Part shown: piece by piece, positions 51,201 to 64,000 of the stretch
Numbering within the stretch: the stretch's first letter is position 1
Layout of the letters: each line of letters begins with the position of its first letter
NCBI RefSeq assembly: GCF_009834535.1
Contig: NC_045707.1
Location: 63,986,001-64,050,000, forward strand
Reading direction: 5' to 3'
Length of the DNA stretch: 64,000 nucleotides
Origin: Camelus ferus
Taxonomy: Eukaryota
Made by a program: the position numbers and the translations under genes
The notes under the pieces: generated by a model
Seen by the model: only the letters and a program-made list of their open reading frames with translations
Told to the model about the DNA's origin: nothing
Databases searched by the model: none

Positions 51201-53549
51201 GAAAAGAAATACGTTTACTCACTGAGTATGAACAAAAAAGAAAAACGCAAGTGAAACTGGGTTTAACAAAATTGCATCAAATTAAGCATACGCCTGAAGG
51301 AAAGTTACAAATGACTTAAAATTATTATTTCAGTGGTCTGATGAATAAATTTGTGATTCCAAAACCACCTTCCTTAAGGCTATCCTCTTAATTTAATTCA
51401 GTAAGAATTTATTGACCACTATTACAGATTTAAGCTATGCCAGGCACAAAGACTGCTATAAAAGGGATGTTTACTTATTTGTTGAATAAATATTTACTGA
51501 GAACTTACTCTGGGGCTTGGCACTGTGTTTGGCACTGAGGATAGAATGGTGAGTGAAATGGAAATGGTCCCTGACCTCCTGGAGCTTATGGTCCGGTGGG
51601 ACTGACATTGATGGAAAACAGACACACACACAAATAAATATTTCTTTACAAACTGATCTGAGTGCCATGAATGATCTTTCTGGGAAACAAGATTTATCCA
51701 ATGGGAGAATAAAATAAAATGACATGCAAAAATGAGCAACATTGCTTAGAATGATTTTTATACCCTTAATTTCTTTAAAAATCCCTCTTTTTATAGACAG
51801 ATGAAGTAAACACTGTTCTGAATGCTAATAAAATGATTATCCTTCTGAACTAGTGGGAGTACAGTTTTATTTTTGATTCACCTTTTTCCTTTAGGCATTT
51901 AAAAAATCTCTCTCAATTTTTTTCCTTTGCGAAGCTGTGTAATTGTGGTGGCAAATCGTTGGCTGCAGGATCATGCTGGCGGCAAGCGGAAAAGAAAATG
52001 GAGCAGAGAATCTTTAATAAGGGTTCTAACACCTCGATTTCGAGGCTGATTTTAATGTTATAAAAGTGTAGGTAGTCATCTCCAGGCTGGGGGTAGGAAG
52101 CTGTATAAATAGATGAACTTCCTTAGATACTTACTCAGTTGAAGTCTCTTAAAAGCAAGGTCAGTGTTTTCTACAGTGTTCGAAAGTTTCCTGAGTGACC
52201 ACTTCCATGCTAAGTCGCTGCGGACAGTCCACTCGTTACTCGACACTAACGCTGACGGCTCACGTTGGTTTGTACTGTAGCTCTGTCTGTAGGTGAAACA
52301 GTCAGAAGAGGCTGTAGTTTTCGATGAAATGCGAAGCGTTTGACAGCGGGCTTTTTATTTCGTTTCCAAATGCTTTTCAACTTTCACACTGAGCCTGTGC
52401 TCACAGCCCAGGACAGAACATGTGGCAAAAATCTGGCAAGGCTTTTTCAGAGGGAAAGGTGTATTAGTTACAAAGAAAGAGAAAGTGAGTCTATCACAGA
52501 CTTTGGAAATGGAGAAAAACTAAAAGAAGAGACCATTTTGAAAAGAAAAAAAAAAAAACTTAGTCAATTTTGTAGTATAAATGGAAAATACGCATAATAC
52601 AGTTTCTAAAATGAACCTGTCTTTTCTTAGAAATTGTCAAGACAGACAACTGTTTTTTTCACTTAAAGTTATTTAAAATGTAGTTTTTGTTTATTTTACT
52701 TAACGTGGGTAAGACAAAGGAAATTTTTTGAAAAGTGAAAAACAGTCTATAGTTGAAGTTTTAAAAAGAATAGTCCCTTGGGGGTAAATTTAGAATAGAA
52801 AAGGAAAACATTTTTCCTAATAAGATTTCGTTACTGACTCTGGCTGGTAGGATGTAATGTCAGTTCACTGGCCAGAGCTCTAGGAGGAGGGCTTTTTATA
52901 GGAATCAGACTTTTTTTTTTTTTTGACGTATTAGAGGACAGTAAAAACAAAAACCAAACACTAAACCCCCCAAAATGTGGTTAACAAAAAAATGTCCTGT
53001 GATTCCTTTCCGTCTTGGCTATTGCACTTGGGTTCTAGATTCTTGGATGAAGCGAGGATTGTTTTCATTTTACTGAACACTCTTCTGGAAAAGAGGAGCT
53101 GCTCCCCGACGTCTAATTTAAGTTCTTATGTATATTAACTATGATTCCCCAAAAGTGCTGTTTTTAAAACACGTATCATGTTGTTACCCCCAAAGAGAAG
53201 CCAGAATGGAAATCCTTGTAGGAAAACAGCAGCGTATTACTGAAGTTTAAGTTCTGGTTTGATGTGTAAACTAGGCTCAGTGGGGCACTATAAAAGGAAT
53301 GTGTTTGCCTGGTGAGCTGTATTTATCTATGTATAAACATGTGCAGAGATATATACAAATATATACACACAGCAGAGTATTGGATGATATTCATTATATG
53401 TGCTATCTAATAGATTCTGTTTCATAAGCAAGTTTGTAAAATTTAAAATTGGTCAACTTAAGTGCCAAAAGCCTTAAGGCTTTAATTATATTCAGGAGGT
53501 TAGTTAACATCTATTCTTGGCCTAAGGAAACCAACCCCATCACCATTTT

Positions 53550-54800
53550 CACTTACTCGGCAAGTAGTCATTGAGTGCTTGCTACAGCGAGATGCTGTTC
53601 TTGGTTCTGGAAACACAGCAACCAAACAAAACAGACAAAAATGCTTGCCCTTTACATTCCAGAGAGGCAGACAATTAACAAACAGTTAACTAAAATGTAT
53701 AGAATGCCAAGTGGTAATTAGCGGCAGCAAAGCAAAGATGGGGAGGTGGGTGTGTGAGGGCAGGGAGGGTGGACTGCAGTTGTAAGTGGCATGGCCGGGG
53801 AGGGCTCACTGACAGGTGCCCTCTCAATGAAGACCTGAAGGAAGAGGAGACTGGGCCACGCAGGCATCTGGAGCCTTCTGGGAGGAAGAAATAGCCAGTG
53901 CAAGGCCTCTGAGTGGGCAGGAGCCGACCTGCCACGTTTGAGGGACAGTGAGGCGACCAGCGCAGCCAGAGTGCTCCGAAGGCAGAGGGCAAGGCCACTG
54001 CAACCTGAGTGATGGCTTGGGCCAGGGGAGGAGCAGTGGAAGTGATGACAAGTGGCTGGATTAGGGGTAGGATTCTAGATATGTTCTGAAAATAGAGCTG
54101 ACAGAATTTGCTGATGGATTGGATGTGGGGTTTGCGAAAGGGAGAAAGGAATCAAGGAAGAATTCAAGGTTTTTGACCCGAGCAGCTGGAAGGATTGAAG
54201 TTGCCATTAATTGAGATGGGGAAGACTGTGGGAAGAAAAGGTTTGGGGAAACGAAGGGGAGGTTGCAACTGGATGTATTAATTTTGAGAGCATGTTCTAT
54301 GTCTGAGTGAAACACTGAATATGTAGTTGAATATATGTGTCTGGCATTCAGAGGAGAACTCCAGGCTGGACATTTAAGTTTGACGATTGTCAGAATATAG
54401 GAGGCATTAAAAGCCACAAGACTGATGTCATGAAGGGAGTGAGTGCAGACAGAAAAGAGAAGAGGCCCAAAGACAGCCTGAAATACCCTGAAGCCCACCC
54501 TATGAGAGGTCAGCCGTAGGGGCTGGGACACTGCAGCATTACCAGCAAAGGTTAGAAAGGAGAACGGCCAGTGTGAGAGGAGAAAAAATTGGGAGACAAT
54601 GGTGTTCTGGAGGCCACGGGAAGAAAATATTTAAAGTGGGAATGAGTGATCCACAGGGAGATATGCTCCTAGTATATTTAAGATTTAAGATGAAGAGGGA
54701 GAATTGTCCATTGGGTTTTGCATCGTGTAGGTCGTTAATAAATCTTAGCAGGAGCAATTCTGATGGAGTGATGGGAACAGCCTACTTGGAGTGCACTCAT
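53550..54800 (-). mobile_element. LINE-2 fragment including reverse transcriptase remnants
   Basis: Minus-strand translations LLRFINDLHDAKPNGQFSLFILNL and ARVKNLEFFLDSFL resemble L2 ORF2 motifs (KVTNDLHVAKSNGQFSVLIL; AKNLGVILDSSL). L2 3' end near 53560. Confidence 0.85.
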
Positions 54801-55504
54801 TTCACCTCTTTGAAACAGAAATAGAAGTTATCTAATCTATTCAAAAAATACCTGAGATAAATAAAATGCCCCGGAATATTCTCCATGCAAAAGACCCAAA
54901 CCATGCTTTCAGATATTGAGACAAAAACCAACAACTGACGTTTTTTTCAGCACCTGTCTGGGCCAGGAAGTGTGCAAAAGTGCTTTAGAGGCCCGATTTT
55001 ATCTGCATTTCACAATAAATCTGTGAGTTAGGTGCCATTATCCCCATTTTATAGGTGAGGAAATTCAAGTTTGCCAAGTTTAAGGGGCTATTCTAAAGTC
55101 TCGTGACAAGCAAGCGATAGAGCTGAGGTGTTGGAAGTATTTCCATAACACTCTTGAACTGAACAATGATTTTGTTTACAAGGCACATCTATTACTTTTC
55201 GAAATTAATAGTCTCATTCTTTAGAAACTGTCATTTTTTTTCATTTTGTTCATTCCGTTTATTTCATGCGTCTTTATTTTCCCAATACCTAGCACTGCTA
55301 CGACTATTGAAAATTTATAACCAGTTGCTTTGGTAGTTGTTTGCTTTTTTAATGCAGAGAATTGCCCCAAATGTTCCAATTCATTGAATTTGACATGGTC
55401 AACCATGTTAAAATGTTATTAAAGTGAATGTAATTTTCTAGAATGATTTCTGTTTTTGGGGTAGAAGTTTATTTTGAGGAGCTTGATTAAATTTTTGGAA
55501 GTAC

Positions 55505-55690
55505 ATTCTTTTTTAATTTGAAGTGTAGTTGACATACAATATTATATAAGTTACAGGTGTACAATGGAGTGATTCATTATTTTAAAGGTTTTGTTCCACT
55601 TACAGTTACGATAAAATTCTTGCTCTGTTCCCCGTGTTGTACAATATATCCTTTGTAGTTTATTTTATACCTAATAGTTTGCACCTTCTT
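55505..55690 (-). mobile_element. Short L1 3' terminal fragment
   Basis: ttttttaatttgaagtgtagttgacatacaatattatataagttacaggtgtacaat...ctaatagtttg. Confidence 0.7.
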
Positions 55691-56439
55691 GAAGTCGAGA
55701 CATGGAAAGCCACTGAGCGTTGAACATGCTCATTTCATGTTCATAACCTCTCTGTGAGGTGGACATTATTACTATTTATACTTGACACTCAGGGAACCAG
55801 GGGTGGGTGGGGGACGTTGAGTAAACTGCCCAAAGACACGGCTTGCAAGTGGTGGAGTTAAGGATTGACCCCTCGTCCTCTGAAATTACATGCCATGCTC
55901 TTTCCACCACAACATGCATGTAAATTTAGTTAATTCCAAAGCTTGGCTTGAAACATTATCTCTTTCCTCATCTGTGTAAAATCGATTCCCCTCATGTGAT
56001 GCACCATTGTAATTCCAACAGCTGGTGCAACAAGGGCCTGCAATTTTAGGAAGCATGTATACATTTTTTAATTAGACATGTTTTCTCTGGGAAACATGTG
56101 AGTGAGTTATGATTATTATTTTTTTAATAAGCCAATGCTCTACATAACTTTAGAGGGGAAAAAAGCAGCATTATTGTTTGCTTGGCTGTGCTGTTCATAG
56201 TTGCTGATTCTTTTTGAGGATGTAGCTGGGATTGGTGGTGGCGGAGAACCACCACAGATTCTGGAGCTGGCCTTGCGATGGGCCCGGGAGTATGTCATTG
56301 TTTTTCTAGGGTGATTCTTACAACTTCCCACTGCCCCTGGACCTCATGTTCCTTTCACAACAAAATTGATGGTTCCTTTCAACGAGCATGCCCTTCCCAC
56401 GTCTACTTTTGAGCCTCTTCAATCAAGTTTCCACTTTAT

Positions 56440-56990
56440 GACCAGAATGTTCCCATAAAAATGCAACTCTGATAACCCACTTACGTGCTTACAATTCTTC
56501 AGTGGCTCCCCATTACACTTAAAGTAAACTACGAACCCCTTCCTGTAGCCCACAGGGCCTTACGTGACCTGGCCCTTACCCTGCTCTCTGACTTCATCTA
56601 GCACCATTCTCCCTCTGCTCGTTAGGCTCGGCCCAGGCCTTCCTGAAGCTCCTCCAGTCCTTTTCCTGACTCAGGATACACATAGTACTATTTCCTCTGT
56701 CTAGAACATTCTGTCTTCGATTGTCAGTGTAAGTGCTCGCTCCCCAGAGCCCTTCCCTGACCATCCAGTCTAAGTTAGACACCCCTGTTATCATTTCTCT
56801 AATGACCTTGTGCTTTTCCTTCCAAGTACTTATTGCAGTTTGGGGTTACAATTTATTTGTATGTTTCTTTAACGCCGGGTTTCCCCCACCTGAGCGTAAG
56901 CCACATAAGGACAGTTTCTCTACCTGCGTTTTTCCTCACCACTACCTGGCTTATAGTAGATTGTCAATAAAATTTCTTGAATAAATGAAA
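56440..56990 (+). mobile_element. LINE-2 3' fragment
   Basis: ttcttcagtggctccccatt...cacagggccttacgtgacctggccc...tcaataaaatttcttgaataaatgaa. Confidence 0.7.
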
Positions 56991-57635
56991 GCTCTGTCTT
57001 TCACAAGCTGTTTTCTCATCCTGGAATGTGGCAGAAATAGCTACCATTTATTCTGCACTAATATCATAAGCACTGCGGTGACATTACAGATAAGCTGACC
57101 TTAGAGCTGGAGCGAAGGACGGGAGGTGCATCTATGTAGCGCCTAATGATAAGCACCTTTTATGGATAAAATGCTGACTCTTTGTTCTTCTGCGGGATTT
57201 CACTGACTGCCTTAGGAGCAAGTTGGGTCAAATACCATTTTCTGTCCTAGTGTAATCTAGATAATCTGGTGTTATGGGGAATACTGTGTAATCGAGAAGC
57301 CGAGATGTGTCAGAGGATCAATGTGGGTTTGTTTTAAGGAGATGGATATTCATATAGACTTTTCCATCCTTTTGGTAGGGATAAGGAAGGCTAAAGCTCA
57401 ACTCTCTTTTATTTTCTCTAAATCTGAAAATACTCCTTTTCTGTCCTCACAGCGATGTGAGATTGAGCAGAGTGGGAAAAGCTGTCGTTTGAGCTCCCTC
57501 TGCTGGTGGTGAGTGATGCTCTTAGCAGAAGACAGATGAAGGGCGTGCAGACAGTATTGCTGAAAGGGGGTGAATGAAACACCTTCACTGGCGGCTACAC
57601 TCTCTGTGGCAAAGGTGGGAAGCACGCATGCGCAT

Positions 57636-58310
57636 TTTTAAACAATTTTTAACAGCCGCTTTGAGCTATAATTTACATGCCATAAAGTTTGCCCGTTTAA
57701 ACTTCACAGTTCAATTGTTCTTTGTATATTTACAGAGCTGCACAACCACCACCATAGTCTAATTATAGAACATTTTCATCACCCGCCCTCCTCTTGCCCA
57801 AATAAAACTTCTGTCCATTAGCCATCATTCCTTATTCCTCACTCCACTCTCCCCTGCCCTTACCTCCTGGCAGCCACTAACTAATCTTTCTGTCTCTGTC
57901 GACTTACTTTTGAACATTTGGTATAAATGGGATCATACAATATGTGGTCTTTTGTGACCACTTTATTTCACTTAGCACACTGCTTCCGAGATTCACCCGT
58001 ATGGTAGCATATACCAACAGTTCCTTGCTTTTTATTGCCAAATAGTATTCCACGTTATAGCCATAGGACACTTCGTTTATGTATTCATTGATTGATGGAC
58101 ATTTGGGTTGTTGTGTCTACTTTTTGGCATTATGTACAACACTGCTATGAACATTAAACATTAGTGTACATGTTTTTATGTGGACACGTGTTTTCAATTC
58201 TCTTGGGTGTGTTCTTAAAAGAGTAGAATTGCCAGGTCATATCTGTTTAACATTTTGAGGAATTTCCAAATCGTTTTCCAGAATGGGTGTACCATTTTAC
58301 GTTCTCACAC
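57636..58310 (-). mobile_element. L1MB/MC-like 3' fragment
   Basis: cagccgctttgagctataatttacatgccataaag...ataaatgggatcatacaatatgtggtcttttgtgac...ttttccagaatgggtgtaccattttac. Confidence 0.8.
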
Positions 58311-58639
58311 ATGTGCTCATTTGGATAAGATTTTAAAAGTAGTACTTCAGGTAAATATACCTTACATTTAGTCCCTGTCCTTTATCAGTTATATATTCTT
58401 CTGTGTTGCTTGGGCTCCTTTGCATTGTACCCATCTGCTTTTGTAATTGTTGCTCAGTCTGCCTCTTCTTCCCCATTAGCACTGTGAAATCTTACTAGCT
58501 TTGTCCCCTGTAAAAATGGGTGATGAGATGATGTCCAAGTTCTTCCTGGCTCACAGATGTTAGGTCGGAGTGAAAAACCAAAGTGCTGCCTTATTGCTAA
58601 CTTCCTCGATGATACTGCTGTAAAACTTCTGGAGAAGTA

Positions 58640-58880
58640 TATCACGGTGGCTTAGTGTGCTGACTCTGGAGTCAGACTGTCTGGGTCTAGACTTTTGGTC
58701 CCACCACTTTCTTATTGCAAAACCTCGTGCGGAGACTTAATTTTGTAAGCTGCAGGCGTGAAATGGGACTGCTAACAGCAGGAATCTAATGGGGTCACCG
58801 TGGAGATGAAGTGAGGCAAAATGATTCACAAGGTGCCAGGCGCGTCTACAGAGAGCTCTCGGCAAATCCTGGCTGTTGTT
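58640..58880 (+). mobile_element. MIR SINE
   Basis: gactctggagtcagactgtctgggtctagac...aaatgggactgctaacagc. Confidence 0.65.
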
Positions 58881-61800
58881 GTGAGTCTGTGTTTCTCCTT
58901 CTCAGCTCTCTGAACCTGGCACTGGAACTACAAGTAGGTCTGTGGGTGTAGAGATTGGTGCTGGAAGAGGATGGGTACTTCATTAAAAAGGGGCTCCTTT
59001 AGGAAGCAGGAAAAGGAATAGGATAGACACTCAGGATGCTGCTGTATCCATGTCCACATAAGCAGAATCTTCAGTTTAAGTCTCTTGTCTTTCAGAGGCA
59101 AAGTGCTCAGCCGTGGAAAAAATGTGACCTCGAAGGGCTGAAAAATAGTATGAAATAAAGATTTTGCATTTCTTATTAATTTAGTTCCTCGAAACTATTT
59201 TTGGGGGGCCATTTACAGTATTAAAGCTTTATAAGCAGTGTGCCTTGTCTATATAAAATACTAAAAGGTGTACAGACCCCAGATTTGCATCAACTTTCAG
59301 GGCAGTCATGTCCTGAGGCGCTGAAGACCCGGTTAGTAAGGAGTCCATGTTAGTAAGTATTGTATTAGACACGAAAGATTATTTATTTACATAGCCCCTC
59401 CTTCAGGCATTCTGAAATTCTTTGTTTTTACTTAAAGAAATGTTTTTACTCCCATTCTTCCGAGAAACTTGGAAAAATGCATGTCAATCACTGTGCTTGC
59501 ATCAGTAAAATGGCCAATTCACTTCTTCCCACCATAGTTTAAAGCAAAAGATTATACTTGTGAAATTTAGGGAAAGATGGTACGAGTCTTTCAGTTCTTA
59601 GCACAATAGAGACAAAAATGACACTCAGAGAAAAATGCATGGCTTCCCCATATGTAAAGATTCTTGAGCCCAGCTGTGAGGACACTGGCCTATGCTTACA
59701 AGAGCCTTGAGCACTCTGTACCTGAAGGTAAGAGAGTGGAATGGGGGATGTCGTGCCCAGTTCCCCACGCTGGGATGGGCGGGGGAGGCAGCACTGAGTG
59801 GAACTCTGTGATCCCTTCTGAGGTTCTCAAGAGCCTCTGGATGTGTAAATAGTCCAAAATCTTCTCCCAGACCTTGGAGCTGTGTCAGGTTCTTGGAGAG
59901 AGAAGGTGGGGAGTGTCTGGTGCTTTGGGGTTCATTCCTTGTTGGCTGAGGAGTTCTCACTTTATCTCTAGAACTTGCAATATGGGGTTGAGATTAGTTT
60001 TGGAATGAGGCGCTTTTTTCATCTTCACAGAGATGCTCGGGGATGGAGACGATGCGTCCAGCTTTCTCCTGTGTTCCGTCCTCCTCTCGAGCTGCCCTTC
60101 TATTACCTCCTCAGTTCTCCCCTCCTGGCTTGTCTCCTCCCAAACCCCCGGGCCTGCCTGTACAACACAAAACGGACACTTCCTACCCCTAGGAGCTCCA
60201 GTTCGACCCACTGTCTGGTGTCGTCCTCCAGAGATGTGGCCAAGTTCTCAGTCTTAACTCTTTCATCCATAAATTTACAATAACACTCTGAACTCTGCAT
60301 CGAGAAGCTGAAGCTCCATATGGGAGCTGGTAGAAGAAGTTGTATAATCATTTACAAAGTGGAATTTTTTTTTTTTTTTTGTGGCTGAATATCTTACATT
60401 TACTCTCAGGAAATTGAAAGTAATAAATTGCAGCTCCAATCTGCTACTGTGAATAAGATGATAACCAAAGATTTTGTTTTATGTTTTCATGAGGGCTTCT
60501 TGGACCTGTAACGCAAGAGGCATTTCAAAGTTTGGATCACCCTTATAGAGAAAATGCCAAGTATGTTAAATTGTGCACTTAGTTTTCAACGTGGAGGAAC
60601 GAATCCCAGATTCAATGAACTAAGGCAATTCTTCAGAGCTCCAAAGAGCATTTGCAATTAAGACACTGTACTTGCTGCGCGCTGGCTGATTCCCTCTCCT
60701 GGAAAGCTTTGTTTCTCTGTGAAACCGAAAATCCTGCCATTGATCTGAACTCACAAAACCCTGTTGATTTAAACAAGACTCCCAGAGGTAGAGCAACAGC
60801 GAAACCAGGAGACTCAATTTACCGAGCTTGGGTTACAGGAAACATATTTAATAGCAGACAGTTCCTGTTTTCATTGTTTTCCATCAAAGTTCCTACAAAA
60901 TCAGATTGTCTTTAAATAGATGCTGCTGCCATTGGGACAAGGTTCAGTTTCACATCCCTAAAGGAATAAAGAGTTTTGTAAAAATTCGCTCTACCTTGGC
61001 CTCACGTATAATGGGCTTAGGTCAAGCCAAGAGGATCAGGATGGATATCACGCTAAAACAATGATAGAGTAATGACACCAAAGATGTGAAACACATACTT
61101 TTTTTAGACTCTTTAATGTCGCCCTCAATAACCAAGGGACGACTGCTGGTGGATGGAAGTGAAAAGGGTTTTTGTTTGAGAGCAACCCTGTTTTGTCTGT
61201 TTTGAAGCATAATACAGGTTGATCTTAAAGATGTCTAAGGGAAAGAAAGGAGGGGAAGTAGCTGGATAGAACTATCACCTGTGATTGATCTCGTTGTTCG
61301 GAAAGATCCTGGATTTGGCGGGATTCCTGGCGTTTTGCCTTGAAAGAGATGGATTTTGAACAAATAGTAATAATGCTAATACTAATAGTAATAGTGATGG
61401 CGATGGTGACTAATATTTACTGAGCTCATAGTATATGTCACAGGTCCAACGCTAAGCATGTTCTCTCTATAGGATCTCACTTAGTATAATAACAATTCAT
61501 GATGTTTGGATTAATACTCTACCCTGTATGGCTGCGTGGTGTGATCATTAAGGGAAGGTACCAGGTTTTAGTGCTTCTCTGCCATGGATCAAGTGACCTC
61601 GAGTCAGTTATCTCTGAGTCTTGGTTTCTTAATTTGTAAGATGACACAATAAGGCCTACCTCGTTGGTTTTGATGTGGATTAAATAACACAGGCCAGTAG
61701 TGGAGATGGACATACCACCCTGCAGTTTGAACACAGTAAGACCCGTGGGATGGGGAGTGGACCACTGGGAGGGGACAGCTCGTGGGAGGATTTTATGCTC

Positions 61801-64000
61801 TCCCGAGACTTTGCGGAGGCAGGACTCCTGGAGGGGCTGCCCTCTAAGTGGAGGCCTGGGCTCCAGATGGGAATAAGTCAGGAGAAGGGGAGGGAAGTGT
61901 GTGCTCGGTGGAAGGGTTAGCTGCTCTTGGGGAATTGCGTGTTGCTGCGCAGCCTTGTTGGGGGCAGGAGGGAGGTAGAGACACAAGCCAGAGAAATGAA
62001 CTTGCACAGGGTCTGAAGGGCTTCGGATGGGATTCTGGGGACTTTGAACTTTCTCCTGAGGTCAGAGGGGAGCCGCGGAAGAATTTTAACTAGGAGAGTG
62101 ACATCATTAGATTTGCTTTTTGTGACGTTCATTGTCTTTGAGATTAAAGATACTGTCTGTGAACACAGAGCCTTTCTTGACCCCATGTTTGAGCAAATTC
62201 ATAACCTTGCCCTCTTTGGTTTCGGGACTGTCATCCAGTGAGCTAGCGGTTATCTGACTCCCGTTCCTCTAATTTCTGTGATAGTCTCTTGTTGCTTTGA
62301 ATCGTTTGCTTATCTTAGATAAGCCGGGTGGTTCAGGGGATGGAAAGCGGCATCTCTGCTCAGGTACATGGCTGTGGTCCATGGTGTGGGCCACACGAAT
62401 ACAGTTTTTCCCCTTGAGCTCCTTTATGGTTTGCTTGTGGATTATATGCTTACTATATTATATGCAGCTAAGATTTAATCTCAGATTGACTTTCAACTGC
62501 TTTCTTCTGGATTGCAACCATTTCTGAGAGTTGGTTAGGCAAAGCAAATCATTTTCTAATGTTAATCTAAGTAAAACAATAGTAAGGAACATTTGTAGAC
62601 AGGCTGTCTCTTCTTACCCTCAGCCAGGCTGCTTGTTATTTGAGTAAAACACACAATAAAGTCCGATTTTATGAGTGATTTTTTTTTTAGAGGGTGGGAG
62701 TGGGAAGATTATTTGTGCTTCTGTTCACTTTGAATAGAAAATTGACTCTAGTTTATGATCGCAATCTTCTATTCCCTGAAGCATCCAAGAAAATCGTCTT
62801 TTAAAATAAAATTAGGTAATAACGTCTTTCTAGGTCATATTTTATTAAATGATTAGCAATGACTATTTTATAAAATACTTGTCAAAATATCAACTCCTGC
62901 ATAGTTACAAGGTTAAAGTTAGATATGACAAACTAAAAAGATGCATTAGACTGTTGGTTTTCTGGTAAAGCAAGCATTGAAGTATTGAAATCAGGTGAAT
63001 GCTTATTTAGAACTCCGTATGCTCTAGACTTGCGGTAAAATTAGAAAGTTGTTAATATATCCACAACTAATAGTCTATGCATAGTATCCGAAGGGTAAAT
63101 AATTATAATTTAATTTTAAGAGAAATTAAATGTCAGAGGGCTGTGATAAAACTTTTGTTGGAAGATTTTAGAATTTCTTAAGAAAGAAAAATATGTATAA
63201 TGGAAATCAAATATATTTGCTTTGAATTGTTCACGAAGTGACTTAGCACTCTTGGAGCATTTTATGTTTTACTAACTCTGTTAAGTCCCATCTGGTGTTT
63301 GTAAAGTCTTTTACTATCCCCTGCTGGGACAGGCAGACACTGGTTTGCATGACTGTGTGTTCCCCAAATATTTTTAAAAAGGATCTAGTGGATTTATACC
63401 AACTGTAGCAGAATGATAGAAGACCACATTTCCATTATGATACCTTTAGGAATGGAGACAAATGTCATCAGGTCACAAAAGATCCATCAGTTTTACACTG
63501 TGTGACATTTGGGGAAGAATGTGAATGATTCGTGGTTTTTAAAAGTTGTTTGGAATTCAACATCCTGTGCAGATATTACTTGAAAAATATTTATAGGTTC
63601 TGAGTCAGTGAGATGTGATATATTCCTCCATGGAATTCATTCTAGAATGTGTGGAATATTGCCTTGAGCCTTAGTCATTCCAATATATCCTTAGAAATAT
63701 CATTATTGTCAATAAACAGGTTGTTCTGTTTCCTTGAGTGATTTTTATTATAGTATGACCACCCTGCGTCTCTGGAAATCAGCAAGACCTTTGTATAGAG
63801 GGAAAATAATTCAATTCAGCGAGGATTTATTGAATAACTTTTATATTCAAGGCAACTTGATAGGCATAGGGAGTAATGGAAAAGAAATAGACACCATCAC
63901 TAGCTTCAAACAATTTGTAGTCTAGATAAAAAACAAGGTAAGCTAAGAGTCAGGCAAATCAGGTGAAAAACAAGTTAAGTTTAAAAAATGAAACATAATA

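Noticed and set aside
1..64000. CRISPR arrays, operons, intact transposases or retroviral genes, processed pseudogenes
   Set aside because: None seen by eye. The sequence is mammalian intronic and intergenic DNA with only degenerate repeat fragments.

Overview
Mammalian genomic DNA, most likely camelid because it carries Vic-1-type tRNA-derived SINEs. It contains the 5' end of LGR5 on the minus strand: a CpG-island promoter (~39.8-41.4 kb), coding exon 1 (40543-40332, 212 nt, signal peptide plus LRR N-terminal cap), about 40 kb of intron 1 (1-40331; I could not find exon 2 by eye) and about 23 kb of upstream sequence. The rest is typical interspersed-repeat terrain (L1, L2, MIR, ERVL LTRs, DNA transposons, microsatellites). 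No prokaryote-type system is present and almost all ORF-track entries are spurious. The most interesting signals are regulatory: an intronic cluster of three GCAGCTGC E-boxes with CDX-type and TCF/LEF motifs (~24.8-25.2 kb), TCF sites with adjacent C-clamp helper motifs near exon 1, an out-of-frame upstream ATG ORF overlapping the LGR5 start, (GGGA)n G4 motifs flanking exon 1, and a cluster of plus-strand splice signals upstream suggesting a spliced divergent transcript. Repeat family names and boundaries are by-eye estimates, and all motif-based findings are untested inferences.
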